Shown here piece after piece: positions 10,406-19,306 of a stretch of DNA of 64,000 nt; the first letter of the stretch is position 1, and each line of letters opens with the position of its first letter. This DNA is from Candidatus Levybacteria bacterium CG2_30_37_29 (lineage in GTDB: Bacteria; Patescibacteriota; Microgenomatia; Levybacterales; GWA1-39-11): the NCBI GenBank assembly GCA_001873215.1, contig MNYS01000003.1, positions 49,455-113,454 on the forward strand, read 5' to 3'. The translations under genes were made by a program, and so were the position numbers. The notes under the pieces were generated by a model, which worked only from the letters and a program-made list of their open reading frames with translations, made no database searches and was not told the origin of the DNA.

Positions 10406-10490
10406 ATACAATTCAATATAAGCAGGAGGTAACAGCTCGAAAAACTATCCTTAACGACCGGAATTCAACCAAGAAAGGTAGTACAGTACA

Positions 10491-11150
10491 GTGTTCAAGA
10501 TGCCCATTCTCATGGGCGCAATCGCTCTGATTGTTGCATTCGGCGTCATCGCCACCATACTGGCTGGTGCGGCAGGCGAGGCGACCACCTCTTCAGATCT
10601 CCCCTACAAGGCGTACGCCGTTGGTCTCGCTAGCGACGAACTGAAGGTCACACCTGCGTCTGCGACGCCTACTGCAACGAGTACCGTCGGAGGCGGGACC
10701 GCGCCGATAAAACCGAACTTCTACCTGCCCGAGCCGCGGACTGGCCCGATTACCGACCTAGAGCAGCGGCTACTGAATGGCATCAACATGGAGCGTGCCA
10801 ACGCCGGCCTCGCGCCCTACGCGCTCGATGCCGGGCTCAGCTGCATCGCCCGTGTGCGCGTCCAGCAGCTGGTCGACCAGAACTATTTCGGCCACACGGA
10901 TCCATTCGGCTATTCTATGTACGCCGAGCTGCTCGCCTACTTCGGCTATGCCAGCTACGTCTGGGCGGGTGAAAACCTGGTTTTAAACAACTACGAAGTG
11001 ACCGAATCGCCCGAGCGCGCGGTGGCCGCTCTGATGCAGAGTCCCACCCACTGGGTGAATATCCTTGATGGGGAATTCGTCCGCATTGGCGTAGGCGAAC
11101 TCACAACGGCGGATGGTCGCCACTTCTACGCCATGATCTTCCTGAGTTGA
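10491..11150 (+). CDS. Secreted CAP/SCP-domain protein, GC-rich, probably horizontally acquired
   Basis: INMERANAGLAP, YFGHT, WAGENL, LMQSPTHWVNIL..IGVG; GC3-rich codons. Confidence 0.9.
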   Translation: MFKMPILMGAIALIVAFGVIATILAGAAGEATTSSDLPYKAYAVGLASDELKVTPASATPTATSTVGGGTAPIKPNFYLPEPRTGPITDLEQRLLNGINMERANAGLAPYALDAGLSCIARVRVQQLVDQNYFGHTDPFGYSMYAELLAYFGYASYVWAGENLVLNNYEVTESPERAVAALMQSPTHWVNILDGEFVRIGVGELTTADGRHFYAMIFLS

Positions 11151-11534
11151 CCTGCCTTCCGCGCGGCCCTGCTGGGCAATACCAAGTTTCCTTCGGGAAG
11201 AGTAACTGCGCAAGACATGCAAGCGTTGCACGCTTAATCCTGAGGGATAAATCAATTTCCGCAATCGTGCGGGGTCCAGTGCCTGATCTTCAGACACAAA
11301 ACCCCGCACACCATTCTTAATTAAAACATTCACCTCTAATTTAAAAAGCAACAACTTTACAAAAAACAAATTTTTAACATCCTTTAGTAAATAATAAAAT
11401 AACGCTTTTTCCTATTTATTAAGCCTATTGTCAAAATATATTTCTGGTGTTATAATCTCATAATATTCTGCCCCTTATACTCTTATGGAAGATGACGATG
11501 AATTTTGTTTCTAAAAAAAATCTTTTGATTTACC

Positions 11535-11613
11535 TTGACTCGTGCAGTGCCATCTGTTAAAATAATGGAAAGTTAGGTTTGATTGTGGTGGGAAAATAAC
11601 CCGCCTTTTTTTT
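11535..11613 (+). promoter_or_regulatory. nusA promoter with terminator-like leader hairpin
   Basis: TTGACT-17-TAAAAT (TGn-extended); ggtggg-aaaataa-cccgcc + T8 before ATG 11629. Confidence 0.65.
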
Positions 11614-11628
11614 ACCTACATCAAGTTT

Positions 11629-12747
11629 ATGGCTGTTGTACAAAGAAGCGAATTTACATTAGCGCTCAACCAAATCGCCTCTGAAAGAGGAGTTGACCCG
11701 GAAGTGGTTTTGGATACTATAAAAGGAGCAATACTTGCGGCTTTTAAAAAAGATAATCCTGAAGTTGAATTAGACGAAAGCTATACTGCAGATTTAAATT
11801 CTGTTACCGGAGAAACAAGAATCTTAAAAGATAAAAAAGATATAACTCCTCCCGGTTTTGGAAGAATTGCGGCCCAAACAGCAAAGCAAGTTCTTTTGCA
11901 AAAAATCCGCGAGCGTGAGAAAGACGCGATAATTGAAGAGTATACAAAACGCGTTAATACCGTTGTCAACGGGCACGTTCTTCGGTTTGCAGGCCCAAAT
12001 ATAATTGTTGACATTGGAAAATCCGAAGCCATTATTCCGCCACAGCAAAAAATTCCAAACGAACAGTATTTTCTAAATAAAAAAATGCCTGTTTATATAG
12101 TTGAGATAAATGAGGAAAAAGGACGAGAAATTATTGTTTCAAGATCTCACCCGGGTCTTATCGAAGGGCTTTTAAAAAGAGAAGTTCCGGAAGTTTCCGC
12201 AGGAAATGTTACTGTTAAAAAAATTGTCAGAGAACCCGGAAACCGAGCTAAAATTGCCGTCTATTCCGAAAGCCCCGGTATTGATCCTGTTGGAAGCTGT
12301 GTCGGACAAAAAGGAGTGCGCATTCAAGCAGTTATTGATTCACTTGACGGTCTTGAGAAAATTGATATTATCCAATGGAATGCAGACCCCGTAAAATTTA
12401 TTACAAATAGTCTTTCTCCCGCAAAAAATTTAAACGTAAAAATAAATGAAGAGGAAAAGCTTGCAAGGGTTGAGGCTCCTCAAGAAGAATTGCCGCTTAT
12501 TATTGGAAGAGACGGTCAAAATGTACGTCTTGCATCAAAATTGACAGGATACAATATTGAAGTCGAAGGAGTAGAAATGCCGCATGAATCAGAAGAAGAC
12601 TTGTCGGCGGATGTTTCAGGCTTAGACCAAGCAACTCAGGTAGAACAGCCCGTTGTAGAAGAAAAACCCAAAAAAAAGGCTGCCGCAAAAAAAACAGCTT
12701 CTAAAAAAGCAAAAACGCCTAAAAAAACCGAGAAAGCAAAAGAATAG
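11629..12747 (+). CDS. nusA: Transcription factor NusA
   Basis: FGRIAAQTAKQV, REPGNRAKIAV, IDPVGSCVG, IIGRDGQNVRLASKLTG. Confidence 0.97.
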   Translation: MAVVQRSEFTLALNQIASERGVDPEVVLDTIKGAILAAFKKDNPEVELDESYTADLNSVTGETRILKDKKDITPPGFGRIAAQTAKQVLLQKIREREKDAIIEEYTKRVNTVVNGHVLRFAGPNIIVDIGKSEAIIPPQQKIPNEQYFLNKKMPVYIVEINEEKGREIIVSRSHPGLIEGLLKREVPEVSAGNVTVKKIVREPGNRAKIAVYSESPGIDPVGSCVGQKGVRIQAVIDSLDGLEKIDIIQWNADPVKFITNSLSPAKNLNVKINEEEKLARVEAPQEELPLIIGRDGQNVRLASKLTGYNIEVEGVEMPHESEEDLSADVSGLDQATQVEQPVVEEKPKKKAAAKKTASKKAKTPKKTEKAKE

Positions 12748-12773
12748 GCTATGGAAAGGCGCAAACAAACAAT

Positions 12774-14246
12774 ATGGAAACAAAAAAAGAACAAAAAACA
12801 GTCTCTTTCCCCCCGATTGTTTCGGTTTTAGGCCACGTTGACCACGGAAAAACAAGTCTTTTAGATGCAATCCGCAAAAGTTCTCATGCGGCAAGCGAAA
12901 AAGGAGGAATTACCCAAAGAATAGGCGCTTCTGAGATTGAAATTCTACACGAGGGAAATACACGAAGAATTACTTTTATTGATACTCCCGGACACGAAGC
13001 TTTTGCCAACATGCGCTCTCAAGGAGTGAGTGCTGCAGACATCGTTCTTTTGGTTGTTGCAGCAGACGACGGTATTATGCCGCAAACTCAAGAATCAATT
13101 GAAAAAATACGCGAGTCAGGACTTCCTTTTATTGTTGTTATAACAAAGACTGACGTGCCGGGCGCGCAAATTGAAAAAGTAAAACAGTCTCTTGTGAAAG
13201 CTGAAATTATGCTTGAAGGACTTGGAGGGGATGCTCCGTACATCGGGGTAAGTAGCAAAACCGGTGAAAACATAGAAGCGCTTTTGGATCTGATTGTTTT
13301 GGTTTATGATATGTCGGGAAATAAAAAAAGCGAAAACGATTCATTTTTGGGCGTTATTATAGATTCAAAACTTGACAAGAGAAGAGGTGTTATAAGTTCT
13401 CTTGTTGTAAAAGGGGGAAAATTAGAGGTTGGTCAAAGCGTTTTTAAAATTGGAAAAAGCGCCGGAAAAGTAAAGGCGCTTGTGAATGCAAACGGAAAAA
13501 ATATATCGTTTGTTTTGCCGGGGGATGCGTGCGAAATTTTGGGTCTTTCTGAGATACTTCCCGCAGGAAGCCTTCTTTATACGCAAGAAATGCAAGATTT
13601 ACCTGCAAAAGTAGAAGAATCAATTATTCCAAAGCCGCCTCAAACTCTTGCTAATTTTTTCAATGAAACCGATTCTGACGTTGTTCCTGTTGTTCTAAAA
13701 ACAGATACTAATGCGGAAATTGAAGCGATAAAGGCATCTCTTCCAAAAAGAGTGAAAGTAGTTTTTGAAGGACAGGGAGAAATCGGCGCGTCGGATATTT
13801 TACTTGCAAAAGATTTTAAAGCTCTTGTTTTGGGTTTTAATGTAAATATTTCAAAAGAAGCAAAACAACTCGCTGACGCGGATAAAGTTTTTTACAAAAC
13901 TTATACGATTATTTACGAACTTCTTGATGAAATTGAGGTACTGGCCAGGGTTGTTGGAGAAGAAGGACTTGAAAAAATAATCGGAAAAGGAAAAATTGTG
14001 GCAAGTTTTTCCGGAACAACGGGGGAAATTCTGGGTGTAAAAGTTGAAGAAGGACGTCTTGCCCGCGGTGACCGCATAAAAATTATGAGAAAAGAGCAGG
14101 AAATAGGACGTTCCCAAATTGTTTCATTAAAAAAAGGCAAGGAAGACATGAAGGTCGCTGAAAAAAATACGGAGTGCGGAATTATGATTTCCCCCAAAGT
14201 TGACTTCGCGGTATCAGATATGGTATTATCCATTAATTCAAAATAA
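12774..14246 (+). CDS. infB: Translation initiation factor IF-2 (short, no N-terminal domain)
   Basis: GHVDHGKTSLLD, GGITQ, FIDTPGHEAF, ECGI. Confidence 0.95.
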   Translation: METKKEQKTVSFPPIVSVLGHVDHGKTSLLDAIRKSSHAASEKGGITQRIGASEIEILHEGNTRRITFIDTPGHEAFANMRSQGVSAADIVLLVVAADDGIMPQTQESIEKIRESGLPFIVVITKTDVPGAQIEKVKQSLVKAEIMLEGLGGDAPYIGVSSKTGENIEALLDLIVLVYDMSGNKKSENDSFLGVIIDSKLDKRRGVISSLVVKGGKLEVGQSVFKIGKSAGKVKALVNANGKNISFVLPGDACEILGLSEILPAGSLLYTQEMQDLPAKVEESIIPKPPQTLANFFNETDSDVVPVVLKTDTNAEIEAIKASLPKRVKVVFEGQGEIGASDILLAKDFKALVLGFNVNISKEAKQLADADKVFYKTYTIIYELLDEIEVLARVVGEEGLEKIIGKGKIVASFSGTTGEILGVKVEEGRLARGDRIKIMRKEQEIGRSQIVSLKKGKEDMKVAEKNTECGIMISPKVDFAVSDMVLSINSK

Positions 14247-14330
14247 CAAGCTCATAGTGTAGTATGAGCAAGCTATAAAATGCATTTTTTAATCGTTTAT
14301 AGTTTTATAAGTTTAGGCAAAAAATAAATT

Positions 14331-15386
14331 ATGAATCCAATTATTCAAAAAGCATTCGAAAGTTTAACAAGCGAGTTGCTTTCAAGCCAAACGGTTGGGA
14401 TAGTTGTTGGGGAAAACGCAACAATTGATAAAATGGCGGCAGGCCTGTCTCTCTATTTGTCCCTTTCTGCAGGCGGAAAAAATGTTCAAATCATTTCCAA
14501 AAGTAATCCTACTGTAGAGGTTTCAAATCTGGTAGGAATAGACAGGGTTGGAAAAAACTTTGAGGGGAATACAAAAATTTTGACAATTTCTGTTCCTTAC
14601 CGTGAAGGAGAAATTGAAAAAGTTTCATACAATATTGAAAAAGACAAATTAAATGTAAATTTGTTTGCCGAAGAAAACGGAATTAGTTTTTCGGAGCGAG
14701 ACGTTGAATTTATAGGGAAAGGGTCTACGCCTTCTTTGGTAATAGCACTTGGAATTCCATCGGCTGAAAAATTGCAAGAAGTATCCGGACCGGAGGTAAA
14801 AATTGTAAATATTGATACTTCCCTGTCAAATACTCAATTTGGGGATATAGTTCTTGTTGACTCTTCATTTTCTTCATTTTCAGAAATCGTTTCAGAAATT
14901 ATTAAGTCTCTTGGTCTTCCGATGGATCAGGATATTGCACAAAATTTACTTGACGGAATAACGTATGCGACAAATAATTTTACGAGTCCTTCAACTTCTG
15001 CGTATGCATTTGGGGCGGCAGGAATTTTACTTATGAATGGCGCCAAGCGCACAATTAATGCTCCAAAAATAAATGCGGCTTCATTCCCTCAGCCAACTCA
15101 ACTTTTGGGAAACCAAAATAGAGGACAAATGCGCCAAAATAATCAGCAACGCACAGGACAAATGATGCAAAACAACAGAAATAATAATCAGAATAGAGGA
15201 GGTTTTCAAAAAAATGACACAAGAAGACTTGAAGAAATGGTTCAAAAAATGAAGTCACAAGAAGAGATGCAAAAACCAAAAATAGAACAAAGTCCAATTG
15301 AAAATGTTGAGCGCGAAGCTTCAAGCGATGTACCGGATGATTGGTTCCTTCCGAAAGTCTTCAAAGGAGCAAAAAAGAACAACTAG
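14331..15386 (+). CDS. Degenerate DHH-fold protein with N/Q-rich tail
   Basis: DHH/NrnA-like layout (DKMAAGLSL, IVNIDTS, NTQFG, AQNLLDGI..TNNF) and position after infB; DHH motif absent. Confidence 0.65.
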   Translation: MNPIIQKAFESLTSELLSSQTVGIVVGENATIDKMAAGLSLYLSLSAGGKNVQIISKSNPTVEVSNLVGIDRVGKNFEGNTKILTISVPYREGEIEKVSYNIEKDKLNVNLFAEENGISFSERDVEFIGKGSTPSLVIALGIPSAEKLQEVSGPEVKIVNIDTSLSNTQFGDIVLVDSSFSSFSEIVSEIIKSLGLPMDQDIAQNLLDGITYATNNFTSPSTSAYAFGAAGILLMNGAKRTINAPKINAASFPQPTQLLGNQNRGQMRQNNQQRTGQMMQNNRNNNQNRGGFQKNDTRRLEEMVQKMKSQEEMQKPKIEQSPIENVEREASSDVPDDWFLPKVFKGAKKNN

Positions 15387-15444
15387 TGTCTAGTAAAGTT
15401 TCTCCGGTTGAAAAATAGCTACAAGTTTGATAAAATACCTATCT

Positions 15445-15711
15445 ATGCCGTTGACAACAGACGAAAAGAAAAAAATTATTGAAAGCAACGCCACGGTTGG
15501 CGGCGATACAGGTAGTCCTGAAGTGCAAATTGCGCTTCTTACACATAAGATACAAAAATTGACAGAACATTTAAAAATTCACCAGAAAGATTCACATTCA
15601 AGACGGGGACTTTTAAATATGATTTCAAAAAGAAGAAGGCTATTTAACTTTTTGGTTAAAATGGATAAATCCCGAGGAGAAACAGTAGGAAATAAAGTAG
15701 GACTGGCTTAA
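15445..15711 (+). CDS. rpsO: 30S ribosomal protein S15
   Basis: DTGSPEVQIALLT, KDSHSRRGLL. Confidence 0.97.
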   Translation: MPLTTDEKKKIIESNATVGGDTGSPEVQIALLTHKIQKLTEHLKIHQKDSHSRRGLLNMISKRRRLFNFLVKMDKSRGETVGNKVGLA

Positions 15712-15797
15712 AAACTAAAACTACTCCAATTGTTACCAAATCTTCTTGTTATAATATTGTTTATTGTAAAAAGAACGAAAAGGAAATAAAAAAATAA

Positions 15798-18137
15798 ATG
15801 AAACAATCTTCAAAAACAGTTGATATAGGCGGTACAACGCTTACTCTTGAAACAGGAGTTCTTGCAGGACAAGCAACGGCGGCAGTAACAGGACGCATGG
15901 GTGATACCATGGTTATTACAACCGTTGTAATGGGTGCCCAAGAGACAACCCTTGATTATTTTCCGCTTAGCGTTGAGTATGTTGAGCGACTCTATGCAGG
16001 AGGAAGAATAAAAGGAAGCCGTTGGGTAAAGCGTGAAGGAAGACCGTCGGACGACGCCGTTCTTACAGCCCGCCTCATTGATCGTTCTATAAGACCTCTT
16101 TTTCCAAAAGAACTTAAAAAAGATATTCAAGTTGTTATAACTGTTCTTTCAGTTGACGGCGAAAACGCTCCTGATATTTTGGCGGCAATAACGACTTCTG
16201 CTGCGCTTGCAATTTCAAAAATCCCATGGAACGGTCCTATCGGTACGACGCGAGTTGGTTTTCTAAAACAAAACGGTGACGAAGGAGAATTAGTTGTAAA
16301 TCCGCGCTCAAGCGAAGAGGATTTTCTCCAATTGGATTTGGTTGTTTCTTCAAAAGAAAACCGCGCGATTATGATTGAAGCAGGCGCAAAACAAATTCCT
16401 GAAGAAATAGTTGATAAAGGAGTAAAGCTTGCAAAAGAAGTAAATGAAAAAATAATTAAAGCAATTGAAGAATGGGTAGTTGAATTGGGTGAAAAGAAAG
16501 AAAAAGTTGTAAAAGATGAAAAAATGGAAGAAGCAATAACTCTTGTTGAAAAGTCTTATAAAGATAAGATGAATGAGCTTATTGAAAAAGGAGTAAATAG
16601 AGAAGTCGGAGGAGAACTACAACGCATTACAAACGCAATTTATGAACTGGAAAAAGACAAAATCGGAGACGAATTAAGTCTTCCTTTGCAGGATAAGAAA
16701 AAAGTTGCATTTGCAGTTGACTACGTTTTCAAAAAGACAGTCCGTGAACAGATTATGACTCATCAGAAGCGTCCGGATGGAAGAAAAATTGATCAAATTC
16801 GTCCTATTTCCGCACAAGTTGGAGTTTTACCTCGCACACACGGTTCTGCAATTTTTACAAGAGGAGAGACACAAAGTCTTACTGTTGCAACGCTTGGGCC
16901 CTCATCTTTGGAACAGCTTATTGAAGGACCGGAAGGTGAAGAAACAAAACGCTATATGCATCATTATTCATTTCCTCCTTACTCTGTAGGTGAGACAGGA
17001 AGAATGATGTCACCAAACAGACGCGAAATAGGACATGGAGCACTTGCCGAGCGCGCGCTTGACGCTGTTATTCCTCCGGCAACCCAATTTCCTTACGCAA
17101 TCCGGGTCGTGTCAGAAATTATGTCTTCAAACGGTTCTACGTCCCAAGCGGCAGTTTGCGGCTCTACTTTATCTCTTATGGATGCGGGAGTTCCGCTTAC
17201 GGCTCCGGTTGCAGGAATCGCAATTGGACTTATGACCCGTTCGGTAAGCTCAGGGCAGGCAAGTTCGGAGAAGATAAAAAATGATTACGTTATCCTAACA
17301 GATATAATTGGATTGGAAGATTTTGCGGGAGATATGGATTTTAAAGTTGCGGGTACAGAACAGGGAATCACCGCAATTCAGTTGGACGTAAAAATTATGG
17401 GATTAACCGATGAAATTGTTACGGAAACTCTTGCCCGCGCAAGAAAAGCGCGTCTTGAGGTTTTGGAAAAAATGCTTGCTATAATTCCTGCGTCACGAAA
17501 AGATGTTTCAAAATATGCGCCAAAAATAAAGACAGTCAAAATTAATCCTGAAAAAATCGGTGAGGTTATAGGAAGCGGTGGAAAAACAATACGTAATATT
17601 TCTGCAACAACGGGTGCAACAGTTGATGTAGCAGAAGACGGAACAGTGAGTATTTCGGCAGTAGATGAAGAAGCGGTTGAAAAAGCTGTTAATTGGGTTG
17701 ATTTGATAACCCGGGAATTGCAAAAAGGAGAGGTTTTTGACGGTATTGTAAAACGAATTGTTTCTTTCGGAGCTTTTGTTGAAATAGTTCCCGGAAAAGA
17801 AGGACTTGTTCATGTAAGTGAAATGTCAACAGAATATGTAAAAGATCCAAATGACGTTGTGAAATTGGGCCAAGCGGTAAAAGTAAATGTACGCGAAGTT
17901 GATGAACACGGAAGAATAAATCTTTCTATGATTTTTGGCGATAGACCTGAAAGACCAGCGCGTCCTGAAGGACAGATTGGTGAAGATAGACCGCCAAGAA
18001 GAGATTTTGCTCGCGACGATAGACCAAGAAGAACATTTACTCCAAGACCCGGCGGAACAAGAAGTTATACAAGACGAGATGAAAGAGGCGGAAGAGCTCC
18101 GTTTGACAACCAGCGCCCCCGCGGCCCACGAAGATAA
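15798..18137 (+). CDS. pnp: Polyribonucleotide nucleotidyltransferase
   Basis: RLIDRSIRPLFP, RREIGHGALAERAL, SNGSTS, GDMDFKVAGT, KH and S1 domains. Confidence 0.98.
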   Translation: MKQSSKTVDIGGTTLTLETGVLAGQATAAVTGRMGDTMVITTVVMGAQETTLDYFPLSVEYVERLYAGGRIKGSRWVKREGRPSDDAVLTARLIDRSIRPLFPKELKKDIQVVITVLSVDGENAPDILAAITTSAALAISKIPWNGPIGTTRVGFLKQNGDEGELVVNPRSSEEDFLQLDLVVSSKENRAIMIEAGAKQIPEEIVDKGVKLAKEVNEKIIKAIEEWVVELGEKKEKVVKDEKMEEAITLVEKSYKDKMNELIEKGVNREVGGELQRITNAIYELEKDKIGDELSLPLQDKKKVAFAVDYVFKKTVREQIMTHQKRPDGRKIDQIRPISAQVGVLPRTHGSAIFTRGETQSLTVATLGPSSLEQLIEGPEGEETKRYMHHYSFPPYSVGETGRMMSPNRREIGHGALAERALDAVIPPATQFPYAIRVVSEIMSSNGSTSQAAVCGSTLSLMDAGVPLTAPVAGIAIGLMTRSVSSGQASSEKIKNDYVILTDIIGLEDFAGDMDFKVAGTEQGITAIQLDVKIMGLTDEIVTETLARARKARLEVLEKMLAIIPASRKDVSKYAPKIKTVKINPEKIGEVIGSGGKTIRNISATTGATVDVAEDGTVSISAVDEEAVEKAVNWVDLITRELQKGEVFDGIVKRIVSFGAFVEIVPGKEGLVHVSEMSTEYVKDPNDVVKLGQAVKVNVREVDEHGRINLSMIFGDRPERPARPEGQIGEDRPPRRDFARDDRPRRTFTPRPGGTRSYTRRDERGGRAPFDNQRPRGPRR
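17236..17259 (+). repeat. In-frame palindromic insert (TTCG..CTCA family) in pnp
   Basis: cccgttcggtaagctcagggcagg resembles 29300-29320 and 46844-46867. Confidence 0.7.
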
Positions 18138-18143
18138 AAACCT

Positions 18144-18812
18144 ATGACAGAGCTAGGAGAAAATGTTTTAAACCACGAGAAACCTCAAAAATATTCATTT
18201 GACGCAGTTATTGTTCTTGGTGCATTTATGCACAAGAATGAAAAAACAGGAAAATGGGAACTTCCAACAATTATAGAAGAAGATCCGGGGAAAGTTGTGG
18301 GAGGACATAGCCGGGCGATTGCTGTTCAGCAAATGCTTAATGAAGGTTTAACACCAAAATTTATTGTTACGGGTGGGGTGCAAAAGGATGAAGCTGATGG
18401 TGTTTCCCGCGCAGAGACATTAAAAGAATTAATTACGAAAAAATATAAAGTGCCTGAAGATAATGTTGTTGCTATTACAACTGTGGGAAATACTTTAGGG
18501 AATCTTGACGATACTGTTAAATATTTTAAAGAACATCCTGAAATTTTAAAATTAAAAAGAGTTGCGGTTTTATCAAATGAATTGCATCTTAAAAGGGCGA
18601 TGATGATGTTTTCCGATAATGCGTATTTTAGGGAAAACGATATTGAAATTACCCCGATTGCCGCGGAAGACTTATTAATTAGAAGGTCAAAACATTATAA
18701 AAAATGGACTGAAGATGTTAATTCTCATCCTGGAATGGAAGTAAGAAAAAGAATGGAGAAACAAGGCAGAGAAGATTATAGAAAAGGAACATACAACCCC
18801 CTAAGTTCATAA
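18144..18812 (+). CDS. YdcF/DUF218-like protein
   Basis: DAVIVLG, FIVTGG, NTLGN, VLSNELHLKRA. Confidence 0.8.
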   Translation: MTELGENVLNHEKPQKYSFDAVIVLGAFMHKNEKTGKWELPTIIEEDPGKVVGGHSRAIAVQQMLNEGLTPKFIVTGGVQKDEADGVSRAETLKELITKKYKVPEDNVVAITTVGNTLGNLDDTVKYFKEHPEILKLKRVAVLSNELHLKRAMMMFSDNAYFRENDIEITPIAAEDLLIRRSKHYKKWTEDVNSHPGMEVRKRMEKQGREDYRKGTYNPLSS

Positions 18813-18816
18813 AAGC

Positions 18817-19251
18817 ATGAAATATCAATACTGTATTGTTTCAAGATGGAGAAACCGGAAACAAGTTGAAGAGTTGACTCAACAAATCCGGAAAAAAAAC
18901 AAAACTGTTTATAGTTTTATTGAGGGAGACGGTGCAAATTACGCGCTGAAAGATTCGGAACAAAAATACGAGCCTGAAGAGTTTATGAAAAAATACGAGA
19001 GTATCCCCGATTGGAAAAATGACCCCCGAGTTAGCGAAATATTTAAAATAGATATGGATGCTTTGAAAAATTCAGAAAATGTAATACTTCTTTTGCCGGC
19101 GGGTAAATCGGCTCATATCGAAGCAGGAGCTGCATATGGATTGGGCAAGAAGTGCATTGTAATAGGGGAGCAAAAAGAAACAGAAAGCCTTTATTTAATT
19201 TTTGACGAATTTTATACCACAAGTGATGACTTCATACAAAGTTTAAACTAA
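18817..19251 (+). CDS. Nucleoside 2-deoxyribosyltransferase-like protein
   Basis: FKIDMDALKNS..LLLPAGKSAHIEAGAAYGLGK. Confidence 0.7.
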   Translation: MKYQYCIVSRWRNRKQVEELTQQIRKKNKTVYSFIEGDGANYALKDSEQKYEPEEFMKKYESIPDWKNDPRVSEIFKIDMDALKNSENVILLLPAGKSAHIEAGAAYGLGKKCIVIGEQKETESLYLIFDEFYTTSDDFIQSLN

Positions 19252-19306
19252 AAATATTAAATAGACAATATTGTTCGATCACAAAATTTAGTGCTATACT
19301 AATCTC

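Noticed and set aside
10983-11369. Minus-strand 128-aa ORF
   Set aside because: Antisense to the CAP gene; a by-product of high GC.
12774-14246. Short IF-2 (and alaS lacking C-Ala) as pseudogenes
   Set aside because: Catalytic motifs are intact; such truncations are usual in reduced genomes.
14248-14310. Hairpins between infB and the DHH-like gene
   Set aside because: Short AT-rich stems with no second copy or other support.
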